Assembly: GCA_003233455.1 (NCBI GenBank)
Contig: QILQ01000043.1
Location: 442-64,441, forward strand
Direction of reading: 5' to 3'
DNA: 64,000 nucleotides
DNA from: Candidatus Zambryskiibacteriota bacterium
Lineage (GTDB): Bacteria; Patescibacteriota; Minisyncoccia; Phycocordibacterales; WO2-35-19
In this document: piece by piece, positions 10,003 through 19,828 of the stretch
Layout: every line of letters starts with the position of its first letter
How positions within the stretch are numbered: position 1 is the first letter of the stretch
Made by a program: the position numbers and the translations under genes
Notes under the pieces: model-generated
What the model saw: only the letters and a program-made list of their open reading frames with translations
The model's database searches: none
Told to the model about the DNA's origin: nothing

Positions 10003-11139
10003 TTATTCGTCTACTTCCAATTTTTCTCCTTCAACTGATTTAATGTCTATTCTCCAGCCGGTAAGTTTAGCTGCTAACCTGACATTTTGACCGCCTTTAC
10101 CTATTGCTAGAGATTGCTGGTCCTCGGAAACCGTTACACTCGCTTCTCTATTTTCCTCATTTATTTCAATGGAAACTATTTTAGCGGGGGAAAGAGCGTC
10201 TTCTATAAATTCAGCCGGATTTTCAGACCATTCTATAATATCTATTTTTTCTCCGCCAAGTTCGGAAGTAACGGTGGCCACCCTTATACCTCTTTGACCG
10301 ACCAAAGACCCTACCGGGTCAATATAATTATCATTTGAAACGACCGCTATTTTGGAACGCGAACCGGCTTCTCTGGCTATTGATTTTATTTCTATAGTTC
10401 CATTCGCTAATTCCGGAGCTTCATTTTCAAAAAGTTTGATAAGAAAACGCGGATGAGAACGAGAAAGACGAAGAGCCACTCCTTTAGGACTATCTTCAAC
10501 TTTATATAAATAAGCTCTTACTCTTTCACCTTGATTAAATCTTTCACCGGGTATTTGTTCTTCATAAGGCAAGATACCCACCGCTCTGCCGACATCTATA
10601 AATATATTACCTCTCTCAATTCTTTGGACGGTGCCGGAAATAATATCTCCTTCTCTTTCTCCAAATTCTTTCAACACCGAAGACCTTTCAGCTTCTCTGA
10701 TTTTTTGCATAATGACTTGTTTGGCGGTTTGGGAAGCTATGCGACCGTAATCTCCTTTTGATTCAAGAGGAAATATCAATTCATCTCCCACTACCGCGTC
10801 CTTTTTTATTTTTTGAGCGTTGGGAAGTAAAATATGATGTTCCGGATTGAAAAGCACTCTATCATCATCCTTTTCTTCCGCCGTTTCCACCGCTTCTTCT
10901 AAAGATTTTTTATCCATAAACACTTTAGTATCATCAACCACAATTTTTACTTGATTCATATTTACCGCTCCGGTTTGCAAATCAAAAATGGCACGGATTA
11001 TTTGTCCGCGTTTGCCATATTCTTTTTTATAAGCGGTAGCCAAAGCCATTTCAATGGCTTCAATCACTTTATTTTTGGGAATACCTCTTTCTTCTTCTAA
11101 TTGGTCAAGAACAGAATTTATAACTTTTAAATCAAACAT
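10003..11139 (-). CDS. nusA: Transcription termination factor NusA
   Basis: GRIASQTAKQV, AREAGSRSKIAV, AIGKGGQNVRLAAKLTGWRIDI. Confidence 0.97.
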   Translation of the reverse strand: MFDLKVINSVLDQLEEERGIPKNKVIEAIEMALATAYKKEYGKRGQIIRAIFDLQTGAVNMNQVKIVVDDTKVFMDKKSLEEAVETAEEKDDDRVLFNPEHHILLPNAQKIKKDAVVGDELIFPLESKGDYGRIASQTAKQVIMQKIREAERSSVLKEFGEREGDIISGTVQRIERGNIFIDVGRAVGILPYEEQIPGERFNQGERVRAYLYKVEDSPKGVALRLSRSHPRFLIKLFENEAPELANGTIEIKSIAREAGSRSKIAVVSNDNYIDPVGSLVGQRGIRVATVTSELGGEKIDIIEWSENPAEFIEDALSPAKIVSIEINEENREASVTVSEDQQSLAIGKGGQNVRLAAKLTGWRIDIKSVEGEKLEVDE

Positions 11140-11162
11140 AAAATTAAATTAACCGATAAAAT

Positions 11163-11198
11163 ACCCCCAGCCCCTCTCCTAAATGCAGGAGAGGGGAG
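11163..11198. repeat. BoxC-like palindromic repeat
   Basis: cccctctcctaaatgcaggagagggg. Confidence 0.85.
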
Positions 11199-11321
11199 AA
11201 ATAAAAAATCCGCTTTCAAGCGGAGTATCTTTCTTTCAGTATTGCGTCCATTGTATACTTAAGATAATAAATAGTCAAGAAATTCGCTTGTAATAAAGTT
11301 TTTTTATTAAAATGTATTATA

Positions 11322-12887
11322 ATGAATATTATGAGTAATTTACCCTCTTCAGAGAAAAATATTTCCGCAAAGAAATATAATATATGGGAATTTTTATATA
11401 ACCGACTCGGTTTGCATTCTATCTCTTACTTTGTGCCGGAACACGCACAGTCATTGCCTTATTTATTGGGAGGATTATCGCTTGTGGCATTTGCTATATT
11501 GTTTGCCACCGGTATTTATTTAGCCCAATTTTATAATCCAAATCAAATTATTTCTAACGAAAGTGTTTCTTTCATAATAGCGAGTGTTCCGTTTGGAAAT
11601 TTCGTGCGGAGTATTCATTTTTGGACAGCAAATATTATTTTCGGACTAATTTTATTACATATGGTGCGTGTTTTCATCACCGGAAGTTATAAACGCCCTC
11701 GCGAATTTAGTTGGTTGGCCGGCTTAGGATTGCTTGGAGTTACAATGGGATTTCTTTTTACTGGGACTATGTTAAGTATGGGACAAGAAGGAATAGAGGC
11801 ACTTCAACATACCAGCGAGATAGGAACACTTTTGGGAAGTTGGGGACTATGGTTTACCGGCGGTTTTAGTGCGATTTTACCGTTTATTGGGAGAATATAT
11901 GTGGCACATATTTCTATTTTAGTTATATTATTTGTATTATTTATTTTTGCTCATTTATATTTAATAAAAACGCATGGTATTTCTCCAAAAGCGGAAATAA
12001 ACGCCACCACTGATGGTATAAATAATGAAAAAACTAACAAATTTACCGAACATTTAAAAAAATTGGCAGGTTGGTCATTTATTTTTTTGGCGATTGTGTC
12101 TATCCTCGCACTAATTTTTCCGGAATCTTTGAGCGGTTTCGGGCTTGCTGGTGTTGAAATGACAAAACCGCCGTGGATGTTTTTATGGATATATGGAATG
12201 GAAGATGTTTTTGGTATGACATCTTTAATATGGGGACCCGCTCTACTATTTATTCTTCTTGGTATAATTCCCTTTATTGATCGTTCTCCTTTTTTATCTC
12301 CGCGTCGCAGACCGTGGATTATGGTTTTTGGCACGGCTATTTTTTTGGCACTTTTGGCTTTAAGTATAAACGCTAAGCTTGCTCCGATTGGAGGCAAAAC
12401 TGAAGAAAATCATAAGTCAAATATTGTTACGCAGTTATTCTCTATACCTATTGCTTACGCTCATAATATGCCTTTTCTGTCATTTACACCTTCAGTGGTT
12501 ACTCCCAGTCAAGTGATAAAGATTAACGGAGACGGATTAAAGACAGATGGTGTATATGATATTTATTTAAAAAGTTTTAAAACTATAATAAAACTTGGAA
12601 CAGCGGAAGTTGAGCAAGGAGAAGATAGTTTTGATATTGAATTAAAAATCCCCCCAAATTTACCCGGAGATATGTATTCCGTCAAGATACAAAGTATTCG
12701 TAATAAACAGTTTAGTTTTTCTGCTCCGCTTCAACTTGCCGTTCAGCCGGTTACTGTAATACTCGCGTCAAAAACATTGGTATATACAAAATATCCCATT
12801 CCGAAAAAGGAAATTCCTTGGATTATCGGTATAATTATTATTTCTCTCGGTCTCGGAACATTTTTACTCACTAAGAAAAAATATTAA
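11322..12887 (+). CDS. Cytochrome b/b6-like protein fused to an extracytoplasmic beta domain and C-terminal TM anchor
   Basis: RSIHFWTAN..LHMVRVF.TGSYKRPRE, YVAH..FAH heme ligands, KPPWM (PEWY equivalent), PFIDRS. Confidence 0.85.
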   Translation: MNIMSNLPSSEKNISAKKYNIWEFLYNRLGLHSISYFVPEHAQSLPYLLGGLSLVAFAILFATGIYLAQFYNPNQIISNESVSFIIASVPFGNFVRSIHFWTANIIFGLILLHMVRVFITGSYKRPREFSWLAGLGLLGVTMGFLFTGTMLSMGQEGIEALQHTSEIGTLLGSWGLWFTGGFSAILPFIGRIYVAHISILVILFVLFIFAHLYLIKTHGISPKAEINATTDGINNEKTNKFTEHLKKLAGWSFIFLAIVSILALIFPESLSGFGLAGVEMTKPPWMFLWIYGMEDVFGMTSLIWGPALLFILLGIIPFIDRSPFLSPRRRPWIMVFGTAIFLALLALSINAKLAPIGGKTEENHKSNIVTQLFSIPIAYAHNMPFLSFTPSVVTPSQVIKINGDGLKTDGVYDIYLKSFKTIIKLGTAEVEQGEDSFDIELKIPPNLPGDMYSVKIQSIRNKQFSFSAPLQLAVQPVTVILASKTLVYTKYPIPKKEIPWIIGIIIISLGLGTFLLTKKKY

Positions 12888-12912
12888 TACATTTTTCTGT
12901 TTACAACGCATT

Positions 12913-14583
12913 TTAAATGTTATGTTTGTTATCTTTCTTGATGAATTTTGAGGAATACTGAAGATTGGCGTCTGTTTTTTTATGCGGATTGAAAATATTT
13001 TTTGGGTCAAAAATATTTTTTACTTCTTTGAATAAATCAAATATTTTTTTACCATACATTTTTTCCAAATAAGGTCCGCGAATCAGACCGTCATTATGCT
13101 CACCACTCATAGAACCGCCATATTGAAAAACTAAATCATAAACTTTTTCCGCCAGTTTCGGAATGATGGCACGCTGATTGGCGTCAGTCATATCCATTAA
13201 AGGAATAATATGAAAATTGCCGTTACCAACATGTCCAGCTATGGTGTAAGTTAGTTGGGAATATTGAGCCAAAATAGCGTTAAGTTCTAATAGAAATTCA
13301 GGCATTTTTTTTGGTTGCACAATAATATCATCAATAAAAGGGACAGTTTGCTTGCCTTTTATTTTTTTGCGTAATAAATTAAAACTTTGGCGTCTAATTA
13401 TCCAATATTTTTGTTCTTCAATACTATTTTTAGGGATATGTGTAAAAAGATTAAATTTCTTCAGTAACGCTTTATTGAGTTCATTGATATTTTTATCAAT
13501 TTCAATCATATTATCGCTGTTAAATTCCGCCATCAATACCAGTTTTGGCAAACTTCTCATTTTTAACATTATTTTAAAATCTGGCAATAACAAAAAAGCG
13601 AATTTAAAAATATTAGTCTCTTTGCTGATGAGATGTGCTATTTGTGGTGCAAATTTAAGGGCTAATTTTAGTGTTTTATCATCGTAAGATTCAAAATCAG
13701 TCGGTTTATATTGCAAAACCAGATTGACTATATTCGCTAATTGAGCGGTATCATTTAAATATATCACCAACATTTTGGAATATTTTTCCGTTTTAACGAG
13801 ATGAAATTTTATTTCGGTAATTATTCCAAGAGTTCCTTGGGAACCCACAAAAATTTTACTTAAATCAAAAGTATTCGCTTTTTTGTCAAATACTTTCCAA
13901 AGTAGATAACCGGTTGAATTTTTAGAAACTTTTGGTTTAGCGGCTTGAATAATATCATAATTTTGGGATATCAATTCATACATTTGACGATAAATATTTC
14001 CCTCAAAAGTTTTAAGCGCCAATTTTTCGTGCATTTGCGTTTCGTTTATTTTTTTAAATTCATATTCTTGACCATCGCTTAAAATTACTTTAAGTGAATT
14101 TATATAATCTTCAGTTTTTCCATAACGGAGAGACATTTCTCCACCGGCATTATTGGCTACAATACCTCCTACGGAAGCGATTGACTTGGAAGCCGGATAA
14201 CTGGGGAATATTAAATTTCGTTTTAAGGTTTCTTTTTCCAAGTTGCGATAAAAAAGTCCCGGTTCGCAACTTACCCAATCCGTGCCGAAATCTTTAATTT
14301 CGCGCAAATGGTGATTCAAGTCCATTATAATTGATTCATTCAGCGTGCCACCACCCATATCGGTTCCGGCCGATCTTGGTGTTATGGATAAATTTTTATT
14401 GTCGGATTTATATTTATTTACATAATTGACTAATGTTTTGATGTCCGCGGTATTTTTTGGGAAAACCACTATTTTTGGTTTAATTCGAAAAATGCTCGCA
14501 TCTACGCTATAAAAATCAAGAGTATATGAATCGTCTTTTACTTCGCCTTTAATTAAATTTAATAAATCTTTTTTTAAATCCAT
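12913..14583 (-). CDS. FAD-linked oxidase (VAO/PCMH; GlcD / D-lactate dehydrogenase-like)
   Basis: PRSAGTDMGG, VGGIVANNAGG, GSQGTLGIITE, HVGNGNFH, SGEHNDG, FDPKNIFNP. Confidence 0.9.
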   Translation of the reverse strand: MDLKKDLLNLIKGEVKDDSYTLDFYSVDASIFRIKPKIVVFPKNTADIKTLVNYVNKYKSDNKNLSITPRSAGTDMGGGTLNESIIMDLNHHLREIKDFGTDWVSCEPGLFYRNLEKETLKRNLIFPSYPASKSIASVGGIVANNAGGEMSLRYGKTEDYINSLKVILSDGQEYEFKKINETQMHEKLALKTFEGNIYRQMYELISQNYDIIQAAKPKVSKNSTGYLLWKVFDKKANTFDLSKIFVGSQGTLGIITEIKFHLVKTEKYSKMLVIYLNDTAQLANIVNLVLQYKPTDFESYDDKTLKLALKFAPQIAHLISKETNIFKFAFLLLPDFKIMLKMRSLPKLVLMAEFNSDNMIEIDKNINELNKALLKKFNLFTHIPKNSIEEQKYWIIRRQSFNLLRKKIKGKQTVPFIDDIIVQPKKMPEFLLELNAILAQYSQLTYTIAGHVGNGNFHIIPLMDMTDANQRAIIPKLAEKVYDLVFQYGGSMSGEHNDGLIRGPYLEKMYGKKIFDLFKEVKNIFDPKNIFNPHKKTDANLQYSSKFIKKDNKHNI

Positions 14584-14667
14584 ATATTTTTCATTATACC
14601 CTTTATTTTGAGAATGTGTTAAATAATGCTTTGTATTTTTAATACTCTTACAGTATAATTATAATAT

Positions 14668-16047
14668 ATGGAAGAGCAAATTCCACAAAACAAAAAAAAA
14701 GAATTTCCAGTCGGGAAAGAATTTCCAGTCGGGTTTGCAAATTTACCGTTAGACCAAAAAAGAAAATTTATGAATGAGAAACCACCTGATTCAGAAGGCG
14801 TTTCAGAGGGTGTTGCGACTCCCGAAAATGCAAAATTAATTCTTGTAGGAAAAAGTAATAAGTGGTATAGAAAACAAGGACAATCTGTAAAAAATAATAT
14901 TACCGCGGCAATAATAAGTTTAAATCCTGCTTCTGACCAAAACCAACTGCCTCCAAGAAAAGGTTTTGAACCCGCACCTGGTGATAATATTATTTCAACC
15001 GAAGTTAAACCAATTGAATTTACTGCTCCGGAAGAAATATTTTCTGATTCGTCTATTATAATGCGACACGAAGTAATCGCCGAAGATTCGGTATGGAAAA
15101 TTTTAGAGGAAACACTTGAGACTGGTGAACAATTTAAAAATATGACCAAAGCTCAAAAGATTTATATTTTAGATGTTTTAACAAGTAAAATGTTTCAAGA
15201 CTCTCATCAATATGGATTGGGTGATAATGGGGTTATTAGTGTTGGAGATGAAATAGATTTTACAAAACTGTTTGAAGATAGAGAAGAGATAGTATCTATT
15301 TTTAAGAAAGCCAAAGAAACAATTATTGAAGGCAGTCCTCAAGAGAAATCTATTCTTGCCAATAATAAAAAAATTACCGAACAGATAGAAAAAAATCCAG
15401 ATGTAGAACTCACTAATGATAAAGTGACTGAAATTTTAAAACCAAAACCAAAACCAAAACCAATAACTCCGATTGAATCTGAAATAAACGATTTAGTTGA
15501 AGGAACTGGAAAACCAAAAGCTCCAGAAATAATAGAAAATAATTCTGCAAAAGAACAAATACATAATAATATTGCCGATATTGCCGATATTACTGATATT
15601 GCCGAAGCTAAAGCCAGCCCAGTAAGATCTCTGGCTTCTGATTCTAGATCTGTCCTTGCTAACGTTGCTAACGCTAAATTTGAAGGAGGAATTGAAGAAG
15701 CTTTTCAAGAAGAAATTAATGGTATATACGGAAAAGGTGGTCTTTTGGGGCTTGGTAAAAGGATGGGAATAAATACTCAAGAATGGAAAAAAATGGCAAA
15801 ACTTCCGGCAACTAAAGTGATAGAATATTACACGGGCGATTCAGTTAAATCAGGTTTAGCTCCCAATATTATTGATAAATTATCCAAATCAAAAAAACAC
15901 ATCGCTTTAATGAAGCAAATGGTCGGTTTAATAGAAAAAACAAATGAGGCAGTCAAGCCGTTTGAAAATGAAACAGTGGAACAATTTATAAAAAGATTGG
16001 GAAATTTTGTAATGAAAAATACTCCCTCGTTAGCAAAAGTAGCATAA
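14668..16047 (+). CDS. Hypothetical protein with low-complexity repeats and a weak LysM-like segment
   Basis: 459-aa ORF; KEFPVG x2, PKPKPKP, IAD repeats; HEVIAEDSVWKIL. Confidence 0.65.
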   Translation: MEEQIPQNKKKEFPVGKEFPVGFANLPLDQKRKFMNEKPPDSEGVSEGVATPENAKLILVGKSNKWYRKQGQSVKNNITAAIISLNPASDQNQLPPRKGFEPAPGDNIISTEVKPIEFTAPEEIFSDSSIIMRHEVIAEDSVWKILEETLETGEQFKNMTKAQKIYILDVLTSKMFQDSHQYGLGDNGVISVGDEIDFTKLFEDREEIVSIFKKAKETIIEGSPQEKSILANNKKITEQIEKNPDVELTNDKVTEILKPKPKPKPITPIESEINDLVEGTGKPKAPEIIENNSAKEQIHNNIADIADITDIAEAKASPVRSLASDSRSVLANVANAKFEGGIEEAFQEEINGIYGKGGLLGLGKRMGINTQEWKKMAKLPATKVIEYYTGDSVKSGLAPNIIDKLSKSKKHIALMKQMVGLIEKTNEAVKPFENETVEQFIKRLGNFVMKNTPSLAKVA

Positions 16048-16049
16048 AA

Positions 16050-16352
16050 TTGATGAATGAAGATTTTAACAAAAAAATAATAAAAGATTTCGGGCTGGAA
16101 AATATGGATTCTGGCGAACAGCAACGAATGATAGAAAAAATAGGCAACCTGCTTTTTGAATCAGTAGTGGAAAAAGCGGTGGAGGTAATGGATGATAATG
16201 TTATGAATGATTTTGAAAATACGGTGGTTAATGCTGGTAGCGATTATCAAAAAGTTATTTCATTTCTCAAATCTCGGGTATTTGGGTTTGATAAAATAGT
16301 GGCTGATGAAATGTCTCGCCTCAAACGAGCCACTTCCGGCATATTCGCTTAA
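16050..16352 (+). CDS. Conserved small helical CPR protein (DUF5663-like)
   Basis: IIKDFGLENM..EQQRMIEKIGNLLFESV pattern. Confidence 0.6.
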   Translation: MMNEDFNKKIIKDFGLENMDSGEQQRMIEKIGNLLFESVVEKAVEVMDDNVMNDFENTVVNAGSDYQKVISFLKSRVFGFDKIVADEMSRLKRATSGIFA

Positions 16353-16357
16353 ATAAT

Positions 16358-16648
16358 ATGAAAAATATAGACGAAAAAGAAATACAAAAAACACTTGATG
16401 AAATCAGTAAAAGGACAGAAGAATTTCAATCTGGTGAAAATTATTCTCCAGATAATAAATCTTCTCCTAATCATTTGATGGTAATACTTGCTACTATAGG
16501 AATAATTGTAGTGTTGATTATCGCAACATTTTTTTATAGTAAGGGTAGTGGGTCAAATTCAAAAATAAAAGCTCCAGCTGGATATGAAGTTGTTTATCCA
16601 AAAAATGCCCCTCCTCGTTTACAAAAAAATAATTATGAAAACATCTAA
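16358..16648 (+). CDS. Single-pass membrane protein, hypothetical
   Basis: One TM segment; operonic spacing. Confidence 0.65.
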   Translation: MKNIDEKEIQKTLDEISKRTEEFQSGENYSPDNKSSPNHLMVILATIGIIVVLIIATFFYSKGSGSNSKIKAPAGYEVVYPKNAPPRLQKNNYENI

Positions 16649-17111
16649 AGGATTTACTTTGATAGAGCTTCTCGTTGTTATCGCTATTATTGGGATACTT
16701 TCATCTATTATTCTTGGGAGTCTTAATAATGCCAGAGCTAGTGCTAGAGATTCAAAAAGAAAGCAAGAAATGATATCTATGCAAACAGCTCTTGAATTGT
16801 ATTATTTTGATAATGGTGTGTATCCTTCAACTAATGGTTCTTGGCGAGGGGCTGTTACATTTGGTAATTATGGAACAGGTGCAACAGGATATATTCCCGG
16901 GTTAGTTCCCAATTATATACCTGTTTTACCGTTAGATCCAAGTGGTACTAATGATGGATATCTCTATCGTTCTAATGGTACTAACTATAAATTGCTTTCA
17001 CATAAAAGTCCGGAGAGTTATCCTGCCCCTGGGACCAAATTTTATGATTCTGCCAGACCCACTTGGGCATGGAAGCTATGTAGTGGAGAACCTGCTTGTA
17101 GTAGTTGGTAA
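16635..17111 (+). CDS. Type IV pilin / GspG-like pseudopilin
   Basis: MKTSKG-FTLIELLVVIAIIGILSS, ARDSKRK, LELYYFDNGVYP, LPLDP; ATG at 16635 preferred over 16584. Confidence 0.9.
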   Translation: MKTSKGFTLIELLVVIAIIGILSSIILGSLNNARASARDSKRKQEMISMQTALELYYFDNGVYPSTNGSWRGAVTFGNYGTGATGYIPGLVPNYIPVLPLDPSGTNDGYLYRSNGTNYKLLSHKSPESYPAPGTKFYDSARPTWAWKLCSGEPACSSW

Positions 17112-17119
17112 AATTTATG

Positions 17120-17150
17120 TTGACTTCTTTTTGGAGTTTGTTAATATATA
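17120..17150 (+). repeat. Direct repeat B, copy 1 (duplicated promoter)
   Basis: ttgacttctttttggagtttgttaatatata, identical to 17526-17556. Confidence 0.95.
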
Positions 17151-17179
17151 TATATATATTGATTTACACTAGAAATATT

Positions 17180-17392
17180 ATGATTAAAACAAAAACAAAA
17201 CTAAATATCACCTTAAAAGAAGCGAGCAGACTTTTTAAAGTTGCTAATAATTTTGCTGATATTTTTGAAGATTTTTTAGAGTCAAAAAAAATGTTTAGTT
17301 CTGAATTTACAAAAGGTTTGCAGACTTCTGTAGAACAAGCAAAATCAGGTCGCCTAAAGAAAATTTCTTCACTCTCAATATTAAAAAATTAA
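17180..17392 (+). CDS. Putative antitoxin
   Basis: DIFEDFLES..EFTKGLQTSVEQAKSGRLKKI resembles RelE-associated antitoxins; ATG at 17180. Confidence 0.65.
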   Translation: MIKTKTKLNITLKEASRLFKVANNFADIFEDFLESKKMFSSEFTKGLQTSVEQAKSGRLKKISSLSILKN

Positions 17393-17517
17393 AAGGATTT
17401 AACCCACCTATATGGAGAGTAAGAATAGGAATTTATAGAATAATTTATTCTTTTGATAAAGATTTTATTATTTGTCTTAGGTTTAGACACAGAAAAGATA
17501 TATACAGAAATTTATGA
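17380..17517 (+). pseudogene. RelE toxin, N-terminal half deleted
   Basis: IKKLKGFNPPIWRVRIGIYRIIYSFDKDFIICLRFRHRKDIYRNL* with no start codon. Confidence 0.8.
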
Positions 17518-17525
17518 ATTTTTAT

Positions 17526-17556
17526 TTGACTTCTTTTTGGAGTTTGTTAATATATA
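17526..17556 (+). promoter_or_regulatory. Likely tuf promoter (direct repeat B, copy 2)
   Basis: TTGACT-16 bp-TAATAT with a TG extension, about 90 bp upstream of tuf. Confidence 0.65.
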
Positions 17557-17641
17557 GACCATTGATAAATAAGCGAGCGGCTTTTATTTTGTCGCGATTT
17601 TAGAAGCTTTAAAAATTAATAATAAATTTAATCAAAATATT

Positions 17642-18844
17642 ATGGCAGAAGAATTTGATCGTTCAAAACCACATGTAAATGTTGGAACAGTCGGCCATGT
17701 TGACCATGGCAAAACCACTTTAACAGCCGCGTTGCTCAAGATTATTGATATGAATAAGGCGGATGGTTATGGGGCTCGTTTGGAAGAAATTGATAGTATT
17801 GATAATGCACCCGAAGAAAAATCTCGCGGTATTACTATTGCTTTGCATCACAGCGAATATTGGACACCGGAAAGACATTACGCTCACATTGACGCTCCGG
17901 GACACGCCGACTATATTAAAAATATGATTACCGGCGCCGCTCAAATGGATGGTGCGATTTTGGTAGTTGCCGCTACGGATGGAGTGATGCCTCAAACCAG
18001 AGAACATATTTTGCTTGCTAAGCAGGTTGGAGTTCCAAAAATAATTGTGTTTCTTAATAAATGCGATATGGTGGCGGACCAAGATTTAATTGATTTGGTG
18101 GAAGAGGAAATTCGCGAGCTTTTGACTAAAAATCAATATGATGGCGCGGCTACCCCCATTATCAGAGGTTCCGCCCTTAAAGCTTTGGAAGCTAATGATA
18201 TGAATGATGAATGGGCTAAAAAAGTTTTTGAACTTGTGAAAACTCTTGATTCTTATATTCCGTTGCCTGTTCGCGAGCTTGATAAACCATTCCTTATGCC
18301 GATTGAAGATATTTTCTCCATTGAAGGCAGGGGAACCGTGGTTACCGGAAAAATTGAAAGAGGAGAAGTAAAAGTGGGTGAAGAAGTGGAAATAATCGGT
18401 CTTAAAGATGCTCAAAAAACAACCGTTACCGGTATTGAAATGTTTAACAAACAACTTAAGGAAGGCAGAGCTGGAGATAATGCCGGTATTTTACTTCGCG
18501 GTCTCAAAAAAGAAGATGTTCATAGAGGTCAAGTAATCGCTAAACCGGGAACTGTTACTCCCCATACCGATTTTGAAGCGGAAGTTTATATCTTGAAAAA
18601 AGAAGAAGGGGGACGACATACACCGTTTTTCACTGGTTACAAACCGCAATTTTACATCAGAACCACTGATGTTACCGGCGAAGTAACTTTGGCTGAAGGA
18701 GTAGAAATGGTAATGCCTGGAGATACCATTACTTTCAAAGTAAAATTAACAGCACCGGTAGCTCTGGAAGAAAAGCAAAAATTTGCTATTCGCGAAGGCG
18801 GTAAAACTGTTGGTGCTGGAGTGGTAACAAAAATAGTAGCTTAA
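17642..18844 (+). CDS. tuf: Elongation factor Tu
   Basis: [28 protein letters not shown]. Confidence 0.99.
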   Translation: MAEEFDRSKPHVNVGTVGHVDHGKTTLTAALLKIIDMNKADGYGARLEEIDSIDNAPEEKSRGITIALHHSEYWTPERHYAHIDAPGHADYIKNMITGAAQMDGAILVVAATDGVMPQTREHILLAKQVGVPKIIVFLNKCDMVADQDLIDLVEEEIRELLTKNQYDGAATPIIRGSALKALEANDMNDEWAKKVFELVKTLDSYIPLPVRELDKPFLMPIEDIFSIEGRGTVVTGKIERGEVKVGEEVEIIGLKDAQKTTVTGIEMFNKQLKEGRAGDNAGILLRGLKKEDVHRGQVIAKPGTVTPHTDFEAEVYILKKEEGGRHTPFFTGYKPQFYIRTTDVTGEVTLAEGVEMVMPGDTITFKVKLTAPVALEEKQKFAIREGGKTVGAGVVTKIVA

Positions 18845-18858
18845 AGATATGGAAAATT

Positions 18859-19242
18859 TTGAAAGAAAACCAATTAAAAAAAGAAAAAAAGACGACTAAA
18901 ACAACAAAGACTAAGGCAAAGAAAAAAGAAGAGCCTATTTCTAAATTGCGTATTAGAGTAATGGCTTATGAATATAAAGTGCTTGACCTTTCGGTTAAGC
19001 AAATTATAGATACGGCTATGCGTTATGATGCCAAAGTGGTTGGACCGGTGCCTTTGCCTACGGAAATTAAAAAGTATACGGTCAATCGTTCTCCTTTCGT
19101 TTATAAAGATGCTCGGGAGCAATTTGAGATGCGAGTGCATCGCAGATTGATAGATATTATCAATCCTTCTCCAAAAATAATGGATTCTTTAACCAATCTT
19201 TCACTTCCATCTGGAGTGAATATTGAGGTCAAGATAGTATAG
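18859..19242 (+). CDS. rpsJ: 30S ribosomal protein S10 (K/T-rich N-terminal extension; start uncertain)
   Basis: GPVPLPT, RSPFVYKDAREQFEMRVHRRLIDI. Confidence 0.95.
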   Translation: MKENQLKKEKKTTKTTKTKAKKKEEPISKLRIRVMAYEYKVLDLSVKQIIDTAMRYDAKVVGPVPLPTEIKKYTVNRSPFVYKDAREQFEMRVHRRLIDIINPSPKIMDSLTNLSLPSGVNIEVKIV

Positions 19243-19253
19243 TTACAAAAAAC

Positions 19254-19281
19254 TTGACAAGATATATACAACATATATACT
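19254..19281 (+). promoter_or_regulatory. Sigma70-type promoter of a TA module
   Basis: TTGACA-16 bp-TATACT; ATG follows after 8 nt. Confidence 0.7.
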
Positions 19282-19289
19282 TCTTATAT

Positions 19290-19568
19290 ATGGATACTGT
19301 GATATTTAAAATAGATAAAAAACTTAAACAAGCTGCCCAAAAACAAGCTAAAAAGGGAGGTTTTTCTTTATCTGACTATTATAGATCAGTTACTATTCCT
19401 TTGGCGGAAGGGAAAAGTAGGATTGGTTTAATTCGGGAGGAACAGTTAAATGCAAAAACTGTTCGTGAACTTTTAAAGATTTCAAAAGATATTAAAGAAG
19501 GTAAAAATCTATCTCCTGTTTTTGATAATGTAGAAGATGCTATAAATTATTTAAAATGTGCTAAATGA
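19290..19568 (+). CDS. RelB/DinJ-like antitoxin
   Basis: MDTVIFKIDKKLKQAAQ (RHH); DIKEGKNLSPVFDNVEDAINYL. Confidence 0.8.
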   Translation: MDTVIFKIDKKLKQAAQKQAKKGGFSLSDYYRSVTIPLAEGKSRIGLIREEQLNAKTVRELLKISKDIKEGKNLSPVFDNVEDAINYLKCAK

Positions 19569-19620
19569 GAATAGATTATCACAGAAGATTTGTTAAAAAT
19601 TTTATTAAATTATTTATATA
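19565..19620 (+). pseudogene. YafQ/RelE toxin N-terminal remnant
   Basis: ATGA overlap with the antitoxin stop; MRIDYHRRFVKNFIKL, then the homology breaks off. Confidence 0.65.
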
Positions 19621-19684
19621 ATAATTTAATAATTCAATAACAAAAAATAATCACATCATCCATAATAATTTTATTTTTTAAGAT

Positions 19685-19720
19685 ACTATACAAATGGGAC
19701 GATCGTCCCGTTTGTATAGT
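19685..19720. repeat. REP-like palindrome (GGGACGATCGTCCC family)
   Basis: actatacaaatgggacgatcgtcccgtttgtatagt; second copy at 41672-41707. Confidence 0.85.
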
Positions 19721-19828
19721 CTGTTTTTTATTTTGAAAATATTGACAAAAAATTTGCAAAAAATTGATAATTCTGTTAATCTATCAAAAGCCAAACGGCG
19801 TTTTTTATTGAGGATATGAATTAAAGAT

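Noticed and set aside
14619-15149. 176-aa minus-strand ORF and the many other antisense or nested ORFs in the track
   Set aside because: They overlap better-supported genes on the opposite strand and show no recognisable motifs
18849-18900. Programmed frameshift at the rpsJ 5' end (out-of-frame ATG plus A-runs)
   Set aside because: An in-frame TTG start exists and the extension is low-complexity; evidence is insufficient
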